A stretch of 64,000 nucleotides of DNA from an uncultured Rhodospirillales bacterium (GTDB lineage: Bacteria > Pseudomonadota > Alphaproteobacteria > CAZRBL01): the NCBI GenBank assembly GCA_964598335.1, contig CAZRBL010000006.1, positions 937-64,936 of the forward strand, in the 5' to 3' direction. Below the pieces are notes generated by a model that made no database searches, was not told the origin of the DNA, and was given only the letters and a program-made list of their open reading frames with translations. This document shows positions 33,749-43,801 of this stretch, piece after piece. Both the position numbers and the translations under genes were made by a program. Within the stretch, counting starts at the first letter, position 1. Every line of letters starts with the position of its first letter.

Positions 33749-35905
33749 ATGGCCGTTACCCAAGCAGCCTCCGATGAGATCGACACCGTTGCTCCGTCTC
33801 GGAACGAAACCCACAGTCTGGGCGGCAAGGCAAGGCAGTTCGGCGCTTGGATCATTGAGACGGCAGAACGTCGGCTGGCGTCGGAACGATCGCGTTGGAT
33901 TCTTTGGGGGCCGGTTCCGTTCGGCGCAGGCATTGCGCTGTATTTTTCCATGCTTGGCGAACCGCCGGTTTTTGCCGGTCTATTTGTCGGCGGGCTCTTC
34001 GCGCTCTATGCCGGGCTGCGCTGGGGTGAGCCGGTGCATCGCGGTGTTGCGCTGGTACTCTGTCTGACGGCCGCCGGTTTTGCCTCCGCGCAAATGCGCA
34101 CCGCGCTTGTTGATACGCCGATGCTGACGAGCACGTTGGACGGCGTTCCGGTCAGCGGCACCGTCATCGATATCCAGCACCGCGTTGACTCGATCAGGAT
34201 CGTTCTGGCCGACGTTAATCTGCCGGAAGCCGACAGCCCGCCGCCGCTGAAAAAAGTCAGGCTCCGGCTGACACGCTACTCTCCGGTCCCAAAGGTCGGC
34301 GACAGGGTGGAAATACCGGCGGTTCTGCAATCGCCGCCCGGGCCGGCTGTGCCCGGCGGTTATGACTTTGCCCGCGCCGCGTTCTTCGAGGGAATTTCAG
34401 CCAGCGGATATGCCATCGGTCATGCCGAGATCGTTTCCGAGAATAATCCGGGCGGGCTGTCGCAACTGACCGAGCGCGCGAGGCAAGATGCGCGCGCGCG
34501 CATCACGGCCGTGCTGGATCCGGCGGTCGCGGGTTTCGCCACCGCCATTCTGACCGGCGAACGGGGCGATCTGCCGCCCGACGCGCTCGACTCGATCCGC
34601 AATGCCGGACTGGCCCATTTGCTGGCGATTTCCGGGTTGCATATCGGCTTGCTGGCCGGCTTTGCCTTTTTCTTCATACGCGGCGGTCTGGCCTTGATCC
34701 CTTATGTCGCGCTTCGGCTGCCGACCAAAAAGATTGCCGCGGTCGGCGCCTTTATTGCTGCGCTCGCTTATACGGTGCTGGTCGGTGCCCCGATACCGAC
34801 CCAGCGGGCATTGATCATGACGGGCCTGGTTTTGCTTGCGATACTGCTTGACCGGCAGGCCTTGTCGATGCGGCTGGTCGCCTTCGCTGCCATGACGGTT
34901 ATGGTCCTGCGGCCCGAGACGTTGATGGGCGCCAGTTTCCAGATGTCTTTCGCCGCCGTTATCGCGCTCATCGCCGGCTATGAAGCGAGTCGGGAGAGGT
35001 GGCGGGCGCTGTATGCGGAACGTGGCATCGGTGGTCGTTTGGTGCTTTATTTCGCCGGGATTCTTTTCACCACGGCGATTGCCGGCGCGGCGACAGCGCC
35101 GTTTTCCTGGTTTCATTTTCAGCACATTGCGCTCAGCGGCCAGATCGCCAACTTGATCGCGGTCCCGGCCATGGCGTTGTGGACCATGCCATGGGGCATT
35201 CTGTCTTATCTGCTGATGCCGCTCGGCCTCGAACTGCTCGCGCTGAAGCCGATGGGGTGGGGCATAGAGCTGATCCTCTGGGCGGCGCGTTGGGCCGAGG
35301 CGCATCCCATGGCCTACCGTCTCAGCGGCGCGCCAAATGTCGCCGCTTTGGTGATGCTTGTCGGCGGCGGGCTATGGCTCTGTCTGTGGCAGCGGCCCTG
35401 GCGCTGGCTCGGCGCTGTGCCGATTATTCTGGCGATCTTTATCCCGAGGCTGGAAGCGGCGCCCGACATATTGGTTTCACGCGATGCCCGGCTGATCGGG
35501 ATCACCGATCCCGACGGGGTGCTGACCCTCTCGCAGCAACGCAATAATCGTTTCGTCGCCGATACCTGGTTACGGCGTCAGGGACAGACAGCAGCGGAGA
35601 GCTTTCCCGCAACGGGAACGCTATGGGAAGGGGCGCTGCGCTGCAGCAAGTCAGGCTGCGTTCTTGAACGGCAAGGGATCGTCATAGCGATGCCCGAAGA
35701 CCGGCGGGCCCTGGCCGAAGATTGCCTCTATGCCGATCTTGTCATCACATCCTCATGGGGCCCGCGGAACTGCGCGGCGCAATTGATCGACCGGCGTTAC
35801 ATGGCGGATGCCGGGCCGCTGGCAATAGCCCTGCGCGGCGAGGACGTGCGCATCACCCGAAGCCGCGATCAACGCGGCGACCGGCCCTGGGTCGCAGCCC
35901 CCTAA
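33749..35905 (+). CDS. ComEC/Rec2-family membrane protein (no recognisable C-terminal metallo-beta-lactamase motif)
   Basis: DUF4131-like N-terminus and competence domain with LAISGLHIGLLAGFAFFFIRG; 718 aa. Confidence 0.75.
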   Translation: MAVTQAASDEIDTVAPSRNETHSLGGKARQFGAWIIETAERRLASERSRWILWGPVPFGAGIALYFSMLGEPPVFAGLFVGGLFALYAGLRWGEPVHRGVALVLCLTAAGFASAQMRTALVDTPMLTSTLDGVPVSGTVIDIQHRVDSIRIVLADVNLPEADSPPPLKKVRLRLTRYSPVPKVGDRVEIPAVLQSPPGPAVPGGYDFARAAFFEGISASGYAIGHAEIVSENNPGGLSQLTERARQDARARITAVLDPAVAGFATAILTGERGDLPPDALDSIRNAGLAHLLAISGLHIGLLAGFAFFFIRGGLALIPYVALRLPTKKIAAVGAFIAALAYTVLVGAPIPTQRALIMTGLVLLAILLDRQALSMRLVAFAAMTVMVLRPETLMGASFQMSFAAVIALIAGYEASRERWRALYAERGIGGRLVLYFAGILFTTAIAGAATAPFSWFHFQHIALSGQIANLIAVPAMALWTMPWGILSYLLMPLGLELLALKPMGWGIELILWAARWAEAHPMAYRLSGAPNVAALVMLVGGGLWLCLWQRPWRWLGAVPIILAIFIPRLEAAPDILVSRDARLIGITDPDGVLTLSQQRNNRFVADTWLRRQGQTAAESFPATGTLWEGALRCSKSGCVLERQGIVIAMPEDRRALAEDCLYADLVITSSWGPRNCAAQLIDRRYMADAGPLAIALRGEDVRITRSRDQRGDRPWVAAP

Positions 35906-35919
35906 TGCAGCCCCCTAAT
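35894..35919. repeat. Perfect 13-bp tandem duplication GCAGCCCCCTAAT x2 spanning the comEC/lexA convergent junction
   Basis: Copy 1 supplies the TAA stop of comEC (35903-35905); copy 2 supplies the CTA (=TAG) stop of lexA (35915-35917). Confidence 0.6.
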
Positions 35920-36682
35920 ACCGGCGCAGCAAGGCCGCGAGGCAGCCTTGGACCTGAACGCTGTCCGGGCCGAAAATTCTCGTTTCATAGGCGGCGTTCG
36001 CCGGTTCCAGCGCAATCGAGTCATTGCGCTTGCGCAGCCGTTTCAGCGTCGCCTCATGGCCGTCAATCAGGGCGACGACGATATCGCCGGTTTCCGCTCT
36101 GTCGGTACGACGGATGATGACGGTATCGCCGTCATGGATACCGGCCTCAATCATCGAATCGCCTTCGACCTCCAGCGCATAGAAATCACCGCGCCCCAGC
36201 ATCGCACTCGGTACGTCGACCATCGCCGCCTCATCACGCAGCGCTTCGATCGGGGTGCCGGCGGCGATCCGGCCGTAAAGCGGCAATTGCTGTATTTCCG
36301 GCGCCTCCAGTGCCGTTCTGACCGCCGTCGAAATGTCGTCTTCGGAGCCCGATCGGCTGGGAAAGGGCCCGGGAATGACATTGCTTGCATCCTCCTTCGC
36401 GGCGCCTGACCTTTCCGGCATGTCCGACAAGCCGCCTCGCTGCTCGACCGTGCCCTCCGGCTGCATATCCGTGGGCAAGCGCAGTATTTCGATGGCGCGC
36501 GCCCGATGCGGCAGGCGCTTGAGAAAGCCACGCTCCTCCAGCGCATCGATCAACCGGTGGACCCCGCTTTTGGATTTCAGACCCAAGGCGTCCTTCATCT
36601 CTTCATAGGACGGCGAAATGCCCTCCTCAGACAAACGGGCGTGGATGAAGAGGAGAAGATCGCGTTGTTTCCGTGTCAGCAT
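35915..36682 (-). CDS. lexA: LexA repressor
   Basis: N-terminal winged HTH, Ala-Gly cleavage site, S24 peptidase Ser/Lys dyad, long alphaproteobacterial linker. Confidence 0.92.
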   Translation of the reverse strand: MLTRKQRDLLLFIHARLSEEGISPSYEEMKDALGLKSKSGVHRLIDALEERGFLKRLPHRARAIEILRLPTDMQPEGTVEQRGGLSDMPERSGAAKEDASNVIPGPFPSRSGSEDDISTAVRTALEAPEIQQLPLYGRIAAGTPIEALRDEAAMVDVPSAMLGRGDFYALEVEGDSMIEAGIHDGDTVIIRRTDRAETGDIVVALIDGHEATLKRLRKRNDSIALEPANAAYETRIFGPDSVQVQGCLAALLRRY

Positions 36683-36712
36683 GCTAAGCCCCTAACCAAA
36701 AAAGGTAGGTAT

Positions 36713-36758
36713 GTTCGCGGTAGGTTCCGAATCGTTCACAATAGAACATGATTTGTTC
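36713..36758 (-). promoter_or_regulatory. Putative LexA operator (SOS box) cluster upstream of lexA
   Basis: GTTC-N7-GTTC (36713-36727), GTTC (36734-36737), GAAC-N7-GTTC (36744-36758); reads GAAC-N7-GAAC on the lexA strand, 31-76 nt upstream of the start. Confidence 0.6.
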
Positions 36759-36795
36759 TAGTTTTATTCCCGATCGGGCGCAAGATCAAGGCAAA

Positions 36796-38010
36796 TCAAA
36801 ACGCCAATGCGACCGGCTTGTCCAGAAGAATCACGGAAACCGGATCGCCGATTCCGGCTGCTGCTGCTCCCGGCGGACGCAGGATCAGACAATCTGATCG
36901 GCTCGCCGTCGTCAGCATGCTGCTGTCCTGCAATGCCGCCGGTCGGACACGTTCTTCATCGCCGTCATGCTCGATGACGGCGCGCAGATAATCCTGCCGC
37001 TGACCGACTTCAGGCAGGGGGGCGGCAAGGGGCAGTTGACGCAGGACCGGCGGCGGAAAATCGGCGCCGCTAAGCCGGCCCAGCGCCGGGCGCAGAAACA
37101 GCAAGGCGCAGACCAGAGCCGAGACCGGATTGCCGGGCAGCCCGAGGAGGGTGACGTGATCACGGCGCGCGACCATCAGCGGTTTGCCCGGGCGCATGGC
37201 AATTCGCCAGAAGTCGAGAGTGAAGCCCGACGCTCTGAGCGCCTCCTGGATCAAATCGTGATCACCGACCGACGCGCCGCCGCTCGACACGATCATGTCA
37301 ATCCCGTTGAGGTCGGTCAGGGCCCGCGTCAGCGCGGCGAGATCATCGGGGATGATGCCCAGATCAAGCGCTTCGCCGCCCCACAGGGCGACCGCGGCGG
37401 CAAGAGCGGGAGAATTGGCGGCGACGATCTGACCGGGGGCCGGCTGGTCGCCCGGATTGACCAATTCATCACCATTGGCCAGCAGCGCGATGCGCGGCCG
37501 GCGCCGAACAGTGATCCAGGGGATATTCATCGCGGCCAGCAGCGCGATATCACGCACGCCGACACGGTGACCGGCGGCCAGGCACATATCGCCCTGCCGA
37601 AAATCTCCGCCGGCCCGGCGAATGTGCCGGTAAGGCTCAACGACCTCCTTGATGACGATGGTATCGCCTTCGCGGGCGGTGTTTTCCTGGATGACGACAC
37701 TGTCGGCCCCCTCGGGCACGACGGCACCGGTAAAGATGCGCGCCGCCGTGCCCGGTTCGACAGCTCGGGTCGGCATCGTGCCCGCCGCGATTTCCTCAAG
37801 AACCGTAAGGCGGGAGGACGGAGAGGCGATATCGGCGGCACGCACCGCATAACCGTCCATCGCCGAAACATCTGCGGGCGGCTGGCTGCGCCGTGCGACA
37901 ACCGGTTCGGCAAGGACACGGCCGGCTGCTGCACTCAGCGACACGGTCTCCATACCGGTTTGCGGAAGGCCGGAAAGCAGCCGGTCCTGTGCCTCAGCAA
38001 CCGTAATCAC
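36796..38010 (-). CDS. moeA: Molybdopterin molybdotransferase
   Basis: MoeA domains (...[20 protein letters not shown]...). Proposed GTG start at 38010 forms a GTGA overlap with the moaC stop; the track start 38109 would overlap moaC by 100 nt. Confidence 0.8.
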   Translation of the reverse strand: MITVAEAQDRLLSGLPQTGMETVSLSAAAGRVLAEPVVARRSQPPADVSAMDGYAVRAADIASPSSRLTVLEEIAAGTMPTRAVEPGTAARIFTGAVVPEGADSVVIQENTAREGDTIVIKEVVEPYRHIRRAGGDFRQGDMCLAAGHRVGVRDIALLAAMNIPWITVRRRPRIALLANGDELVNPGDQPAPGQIVAANSPALAAAVALWGGEALDLGIIPDDLAALTRALTDLNGIDMIVSSGGASVGDHDLIQEALRASGFTLDFWRIAMRPGKPLMVARRDHVTLLGLPGNPVSALVCALLFLRPALGRLSGADFPPPVLRQLPLAAPLPEVGQRQDYLRAVIEHDGDEERVRPAALQDSSMLTTASRSDCLILRPPGAAAAGIGDPVSVILLDKPVALAF

Positions 38011-38513
38011 GGGCCGTCTTCCGCTGCGTACCAATCGCCGGATTTGCCGCCGGACTTCTCCAACAAACGGATGGTTTCGATCACCATGCCCCGATCGACT
38101 GCCTTGCACATGTCATAGATCGTCAACGCAGCGACCGACGCCGCCGTCAGGGCCTCCATCTCGACCCCTGTGCGGCCGCGCGTCTGGGCGGTAACGTCTA
38201 TGCGTACCGTCCCCGCCACACGGTCCACGGTGAAATCAACCGACACCCTGGTCAAGGGCAGGGGATGGCAAAGTGGGATCAGCTCGGCGGTTTTTTTCGC
38301 CGCCATGATCCCAGCCAGACGTGCTATGCCGAGAACGTCGCCCTTTTCGGCGCTGCCGCGTTCGATCAAAGCCAGCGTCTCGGGCGCGGCCCTCACCATA
38401 GCTTGCGCGCGGGCGCGGCGTCGGGTTTCCGCCTTGTCGCCGATATCGACCATCTGCGCCCGACCGGCGGCGTCGAAATGCGTCAGCGACGGGTCGTCAT
38501 TCTTGCCGGTCAT
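38007..38513 (-). CDS. moaC: Cyclic pyranopterin monophosphate synthase
   Basis: [31 protein letters not shown]-terminus; ATGA overlap with the trpC stop; the track ORF is extended to 38684. Confidence 0.85.
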   Translation of the reverse strand: MTGKNDDPSLTHFDAAGRAQMVDIGDKAETRRRARAQAMVRAAPETLALIERGSAEKGDVLGIARLAGIMAAKKTAELIPLCHPLPLTRVSVDFTVDRVAGTVRIDVTAQTRGRTGVEMEALTAASVAALTIYDMCKAVDRGMVIETIRLLEKSGGKSGDWYAAEDGP

Positions 38514-39328
38514 GCCGTGGCCGCGCGGTCGATGCGCCCGGCACGACGCCAGGCGGCAAGGGTGGTTGCCGGGTCGCCATCGCGCATCAGCGCTTCGCCG
38601 ATGAGAAATCCGTCGGCACCGGCAGCGGCCAGAGTCTCGACATCCGATGCGCTCTTTATGCCGCTCTCGGAGATGACCAGACAACCCGGCGGCGCTTTGC
38701 GCACAAGGTCAATCGATGTCTGAAGATCGACGGCCAATGTCTTCAGATTTCTATTATTGATTCCAAGCAGCTTTGGATCCAGCGCCGCCGCCCGCTCAAG
38801 CTCGACGGCGTCATGAACCTCGAACAGACAATCGAGCCCCCAGGCAGTCGCCGCGTCTCTGAGTTCACCGGCCAGCGCGTCGGAGACGGCGGCGAGAATG
38901 ATCAGGATGCAGTCGGCGCCCATCGCGCGCGCTTCGATGCATTGATAGGGGTCGACCATGAAATCCTTGCGCAGAACGGGCAAATCGACCGCGGCTCGCG
39001 CTGTGATGAGGTGTTCGGGATCGCCTCGAAACCAGTCCGGCTCGGTCAGGACGGACAAAGCGGCGGCGCCGCCGGCGGCATAATCGCGGGCGGTTGTCGC
39101 GGGATCGAAATCGCCCTTGATCAATCCGGCGCTGGGGGAGGCGCGCTTTATCTCCGCAATGAAACCGGTTTCGCCGCTATTGTTCCGGTCATGAAGGGCG
39201 GCGGCAAAGCCGCGGACTTCCGGCGCGTCATGTGCTGTCTGCTCGATATCGGCGAGCGGTCGTTCGGTCTTGGCGATGGCAACGGTTTGGCGTCGTCGCG
39301 CACAGATTTCCGCCAGAACATCACTCAT
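38510..39328 (-). CDS. trpC: Indole-3-glycerol phosphate synthase
   Basis: TIM-barrel IGPS with AEIKRASPS and INNRNLKT motifs. Confidence 0.9.
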   Translation of the reverse strand: MSDVLAEICARRRQTVAIAKTERPLADIEQTAHDAPEVRGFAAALHDRNNSGETGFIAEIKRASPSAGLIKGDFDPATTARDYAAGGAAALSVLTEPDWFRGDPEHLITARAAVDLPVLRKDFMVDPYQCIEARAMGADCILIILAAVSDALAGELRDAATAWGLDCLFEVHDAVELERAAALDPKLLGINNRNLKTLAVDLQTSIDLVRKAPPGCLVISESGIKSASDVETLAAAGADGFLIGEALMRDGDPATTLAAWRRAGRIDRAATA

Positions 39329-40353
39329 GCCGCAGCCGTGGTGCGCGCAATATAGGTGTCGAGCACGGCCAGCGCGCGTCCTTCGTCGATGGCCGATGCG
39401 GCCAGATCGGCGCCTGTTTCAAGATCGGCTGCTTTGTCAGCAACGATCAGCGCTGCGGCGGCGTTGATAAGAACGATGTCTCGATAGGCGGCGTAGGCAT
39501 CCTTATCGCCGCTCAGCACGGCGTGTAGCGCGGCGGCGTTGGTTTCCGCGTCGCCGCCGGTCAGGGCTTCAAGGCTGTGTCGACGCAGCCCCGCCTGTTC
39601 GGGGATCACGGTAAACCGCTCAATGGCACCGTCCTTCAGCGCGCTCACCTCGGTGGGGCCGGTTACCGTCAGCTCGTCCATGCCGTCAGCGCCGTGTACG
39701 ACCCATGCCGCCTCGGAACCCAGGCCATGCAAAACCTGGGCCATCATCTCGAGATAGTCGCCGTCGAAAACCCCGATCAGCTGCCGTTTGGTGCCCGCCG
39801 GATTGGCAAGCGGTCCAAGCAGATTGAAGATCGTTCGGCTGCCGAGCTCCTGACGCACAGGGCCGACATGCCGCATCGCCGCGTGGTGGCGGGGCGCCAT
39901 CAGAAAGCAGAAGCCGACTTCGTGAAGTGCCTTTTCCAGCACGGCGAAATCAGCATCCAGATTGACGCCGAGCGCGGCCAGAACATCGGCGGCGCCGGAT
40001 CTGGACGACGCGGCCCTGTTGCCATGTTTGGCGACCGGCACGCCGCAGGCCGCGAGAACAAAGCCGACAGCGGTGGAAATATTGTATGTTTTCAGACCGT
40101 CACCGCCGGTGCCGCAGCAATCGATCGAGGCCGGCGGCGCGGTCACGCTGGCGGCCTTGCGGCGCATGACACGCGCGGCGCCGGTCAATTCGGCGGCGGT
40201 TTCGCCGCGTGCCCGCAATCCCATCAACAGGCCGCCTATCTGTGCCGGGCTTGCCTCGCCCGACATCAGTATCTCGAAAGCTGCCTCGGCCTGTTCTTCG
40301 TCAAGCGTTCGGCCGGCCGCGATCTCGGCGATATGGGGCTTGAGACTGTCCAT
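39325..40353 (-). CDS. trpD: Anthranilate phosphoribosyltransferase
   Basis: DCCGTGGDG motif; ATGA overlap with trpC. Confidence 0.9.
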   Translation of the reverse strand: MDSLKPHIAEIAAGRTLDEEQAEAAFEILMSGEASPAQIGGLLMGLRARGETAAELTGAARVMRRKAASVTAPPASIDCCGTGGDGLKTYNISTAVGFVLAACGVPVAKHGNRAASSRSGAADVLAALGVNLDADFAVLEKALHEVGFCFLMAPRHHAAMRHVGPVRQELGSRTIFNLLGPLANPAGTKRQLIGVFDGDYLEMMAQVLHGLGSEAAWVVHGADGMDELTVTGPTEVSALKDGAIERFTVIPEQAGLRRHSLEALTGGDAETNAAALHAVLSGDKDAYAAYRDIVLINAAAALIVADKAADLETGADLAASAIDEGRALAVLDTYIARTTAAA

Positions 40354-40970
40354 CAGGCGGCAAGATCGGACACACGGACAATGCAGTCGAGAAAGGCCCG
40401 CAAGAGGTCATGTCCATGCGTCGAGGCGATGCTTTCGGGGTGAAACTGGACACCGAAAAGGGGCAGCGCGCTGTGCTCTATCGCCATCACCACGCCGTCC
40501 CCGCTGCGTGCGGTCATGCGTAGAGGTGATCGGATGCTGTCAGGCGCAAGGGTGAGCGAGTGATAGCGTGCCGCCGTAAAGGGGTTTGGCAGGCCGGCAA
40601 ACAGACCACTGTCATCATGGTGCACAAGGCTCGTCTTGCCGTGCATCGGCGCGGGAGCGCGAACCGTTCGCGCGCCGAAAACCTCGCCCAGCACCTGATG
40701 CCCAAGGCAGACCCCCAGCAGGGGTAGCCGGCGCTCTGCCGCATAGCGCGTGAGCTCGGCGGAATTGCCTGCCTCATGCGGCCCGCCGGGGCCGGGAGAG
40801 AGCACGATCCCATCCGGGGACAATGCCGCACAGCCCGCCACGTCGATCTCGTCATGGCGTCTGACGATCGGCTGAGCACCAAGAACGGTGACATAATCGA
40901 CGAGATTGAAGGTAAAGCTGTCGTAATTGTCGATCAGCAGCAGCCTGATCGGCTTAGCCCGGTTCTGCAT
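40353..40970 (-). CDS. trpG: Anthranilate/aminodeoxychorismate synthase glutamine amidotransferase component II
   Basis: IRLLLIDNYDSFTFNLV ... GVCLGHQ class-I GATase triad; ATG at 40970. Confidence 0.85.
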   Translation of the reverse strand: MQNRAKPIRLLLIDNYDSFTFNLVDYVTVLGAQPIVRRHDEIDVAGCAALSPDGIVLSPGPGGPHEAGNSAELTRYAAERRLPLLGVCLGHQVLGEVFGARTVRAPAPMHGKTSLVHHDDSGLFAGLPNPFTAARYHSLTLAPDSIRSPLRMTARSGDGVVMAIEHSALPLFGVQFHPESIASTHGHDLLRAFLDCIVRVSDLAA

Positions 40971-42870
40971 CTGGAAACCATTCCGGAAAGAAAGTCCGCA
41001 AGGATTGCCGGTTAATCCGGACACCATAGCGATCGCGCAGCGCGAGATCATAGGCATCGAGCAGATCGAGCCTGTTTGCGGTCGTCAATTGCGCCTGAAT
41101 CTGGTCCAGTGTTTGCGGATCGTTATCCGGCTCGACCGGTTCCAGAGCGGTCAATTGCAGTACGGTGACCGCGTCGCGATTGAGCCCGATGGTCACATCG
41201 CCCACGGCGTCGAGCGCGAACATGCCTTCGATCAGCGCCGGGGTGAGATCAAGCACGATATTGGCATTGGAGCGGCTGAACAGACGCGTCTCGGAGACTG
41301 AGGTGCCGCGCTCGGCGGCGATCTCGGCCATTGGCTCGCCTTCGCGAATACGCGCGGCCAACGCCTCGGCTTGTTCGAGCGCAAAGCGTTCACGCTCGGC
41401 GCGCTGCCATGCCTGCGCGACGTCTTCGCGGACTTCCTCAAAACTCTGCACCCGCGCCGGTTCAATGAGTTCGACAGTCACGAAGAAGTAATCGCCCTCG
41501 CGGGTTTCGACGGGCGGGCTGGGCTCGCCGGGCGGTGCGTCGAAAAACTCCTCGCCGACTTCGGGGAAATCGGCAATTACCGTGACCAGCGACCCCGTTT
41601 TCCTGCGGCCGCGATTATCGACCGGCGGGATGTCGATCAAGGGCAGGGAGAATTGCTCGGCGGCTTCGGCAAGGCTGGCGCCGCCGGCGACCATGTCTTC
41701 AAACTCCTCCGACAATTCATAAACGGCGTCAAAGGCGTCGCGGCTCGCGAGCTCTGCCGCAAGGCGGTCACGGACATCAGCGAAATCGGGAATATCGCCC
41801 GCCTCGATTTCGGTCACCTCGATGACATGCCAGCCAAGAGCCGTCTGCACCGGACCGGCAAGGCCCGGCTCTTCCAGCGAAAAGGCGGCGTCGGCCAGCT
41901 CCGGCACCGGCAGAGCTACCCGCGATACGGCACCGAAATCGACCAGCGCCGGTGCCTGCTCCATGGCGTCAAGCGCCATTGCCAGCGAACCGGCATCAGC
42001 CGCCGCCGCAGCGATCGCAACGGCTTGCGCCTCGTCCGCGACAACAACCTGGCGCAATGTCCGGGTCTCATCTCGGCCGAGGGCCTGGCGCTGCTCCGCA
42101 TAGGCTTGACGCACTCGATCTTCTGCCACCTCGATTTCCTGCGCCAGCCGGTCGATGGTGATCCCGACCGCTTTGCCGCTGCGGTATTCAGGCAAGGCAT
42201 ACCGGTCAAGATTTGCATTGTAGAAGGCGCGGAGGGTGTCGTCATCGGGCGCGGGGGGCAGACCGAACCCGGCGATGGAAAGGGAAAAATAGGCTGCCTG
42301 TCTTTGCTGGTTCGCATGGCGATAGAGCAACTCGCCCAGAACGTCCGGCGGCGAGACACCGGCGGTCAGCGCATTCAACACCCGGGTGCGCGCGAAATCG
42401 GTTTGTACACCCTCAAGATATTGCTGTTCGGTCAACCCGGCACGGAACAGCAGGTTCTGCAGCCGCGGCTGGCTGAAGCTGCCATCTGCGCCGCGAAAGA
42501 CTTCCTGGCTGCGGACGATCTCGACGAGGCTTTCCTGACTCAGTCGCAAACCGGCATCGGCGGCAACCTGCGCGATCAGCAATTCCGTAATCAGCTGGTC
42601 AAGGCTTTGATTGAGCAGATCGAGCTCGCGCTCGATTTCGGCCGTCAACTGACCGCCGAGCTGCTCGCGCACCGCATTGCGACGCGTCTGCAGGGCGCGG
42701 CCCAGATCATCGGCGAGAATATCGGTCTCACCGGCTTCGGCAACGACGGGATCCTCGCCGCCGCCGGTGAATATGTCCTCGATGCCCCAAAGGGCAAAGC
42801 TGGCCACCAGCAGGACAAAGAGAATTTTGAACAGCCAGCTGGAAATGCCTTTGCGAAGGGCGCGCAGCAT
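40954..42870 (-). CDS. PpiD-like periplasmic chaperone / peptidyl-prolyl isomerase (SurA N-domain plus parvulin)
   Basis: N-terminal TM anchor MLRALRKGISSWLFKILFVLLVASFALWG; 638 aa; conserved position upstream of trpG. Confidence 0.75.
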   Translation of the reverse strand: MLRALRKGISSWLFKILFVLLVASFALWGIEDIFTGGGEDPVVAEAGETDILADDLGRALQTRRNAVREQLGGQLTAEIERELDLLNQSLDQLITELLIAQVAADAGLRLSQESLVEIVRSQEVFRGADGSFSQPRLQNLLFRAGLTEQQYLEGVQTDFARTRVLNALTAGVSPPDVLGELLYRHANQQRQAAYFSLSIAGFGLPPAPDDDTLRAFYNANLDRYALPEYRSGKAVGITIDRLAQEIEVAEDRVRQAYAEQRQALGRDETRTLRQVVVADEAQAVAIAAAAADAGSLAMALDAMEQAPALVDFGAVSRVALPVPELADAAFSLEEPGLAGPVQTALGWHVIEVTEIEAGDIPDFADVRDRLAAELASRDAFDAVYELSEEFEDMVAGGASLAEAAEQFSLPLIDIPPVDNRGRRKTGSLVTVIADFPEVGEEFFDAPPGEPSPPVETREGDYFFVTVELIEPARVQSFEEVREDVAQAWQRAERERFALEQAEALAARIREGEPMAEIAAERGTSVSETRLFSRSNANIVLDLTPALIEGMFALDAVGDVTIGLNRDAVTVLQLTALEPVEPDNDPQTLDQIQAQLTTANRLDLLDAYDLALRDRYGVRINRQSLRTFFPEWFPDAEPG

Positions 42871-42998
42871 TATCTGCCTTCAACGGTTAAATCGGGTGAT
42901 GAATGCGGAACATTGCGTTCCCTTGCGTTGATGTCCAGCGCGATCTTGCCTAGAAACGCCGCGTCCGCCTCATCCGACTCCCTTTTTCTGGATTTCCA

Positions 42999-43784
42999 TT
43001 GCCGCGTGCCGCGATGCCGAAGACCGTTATTGCCAACTGGAAAATGCATGGACTTTCGGCCGACGGCCGGGCACTGGCCCGGGCCGTCTGCGCGGACGCC
43101 GACAAAATCGCCGACCGCGTCGGATTGGCGCTGTGCCCGCCCGCGACGCTTTTGACGCTAATCGGGACGATCACCGACGGCACAGCGGTTTCCTTGGGGG
43201 CGCAGGATTGCCATGCCGAGACCTCGGGCCCCTTTACCGGCGACATTGCCGCAGAAATGTTGGCCGATCTGGGCTGTGCTCTGGTCGTTGTCGGTCATTC
43301 GGAAAGACGCGAAGGGCACGGCGAAACCGATGATCAGGTGCGGCTGAAAGCTGAAGCAGCTCATCGCGCCGGGCTGAGGGCGGTGATCTGTATCGGCGAA
43401 ACTCTTGAGCAGCGCGACTCAGGCGCCGCAGAAGCGACCGTGCTGCAACAATTGACGCACAGCGTTCCCACATCCGGCAATGCGGATAACACATTGCTGG
43501 CCTATGAACCGCTCTGGGCAATCGGCACCGGACGCACCGCTGACACCGAGACGATTGCCCGAATGCACAACGCAATTCGCGATTCTCTCAAGCAGCGGTT
43601 TGCCGATGGCGAAGACATCGCCATCTTGTATGGCGGTTCGGTAAAGCCGGAGAACGCCGCCGCGATCATGGCGACATCCGAGGTCGGCGGTGCTCTGGTC
43701 GGCGGTGCCAGCCTGAACGCCGATGATTTTCTTGCTATTGCCGGCGCGGCCGCCGAGGCGGGCACGCATTCCGGCAGGATTTAA
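42999..43784 (+). CDS. tpiA: Triosephosphate isomerase
   Basis: IANWKMHG, VVGHSERR, AYEPLWAIGTG motifs; start may be the second ATG at 43014. Confidence 0.88.
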   Translation: MPRAAMPKTVIANWKMHGLSADGRALARAVCADADKIADRVGLALCPPATLLTLIGTITDGTAVSLGAQDCHAETSGPFTGDIAAEMLADLGCALVVVGHSERREGHGETDDQVRLKAEAAHRAGLRAVICIGETLEQRDSGAAEATVLQQLTHSVPTSGNADNTLLAYEPLWAIGTGRTADTETIARMHNAIRDSLKQRFADGEDIAILYGGSVKPENAAAIMATSEVGGALVGGASLNADDFLAIAGAAAEAGTHSGRI

Positions 43785-43801
43785 TCGATAGGGTCCTTCC
43801 T

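Noticed and set aside
39577-40443. 288-aa plus-strand ORF antisense to trpD
   Set aside because: Low-complexity translation; trpD on the opposite strand is unambiguous.
42925-42945. GGAAC-ATTGC-GTTCC palindrome in the ppiD/tpiA divergent region
   Set aside because: The spacing (N5) does not match the alphaproteobacterial LexA box (N7) or any motif I can assign confidently.
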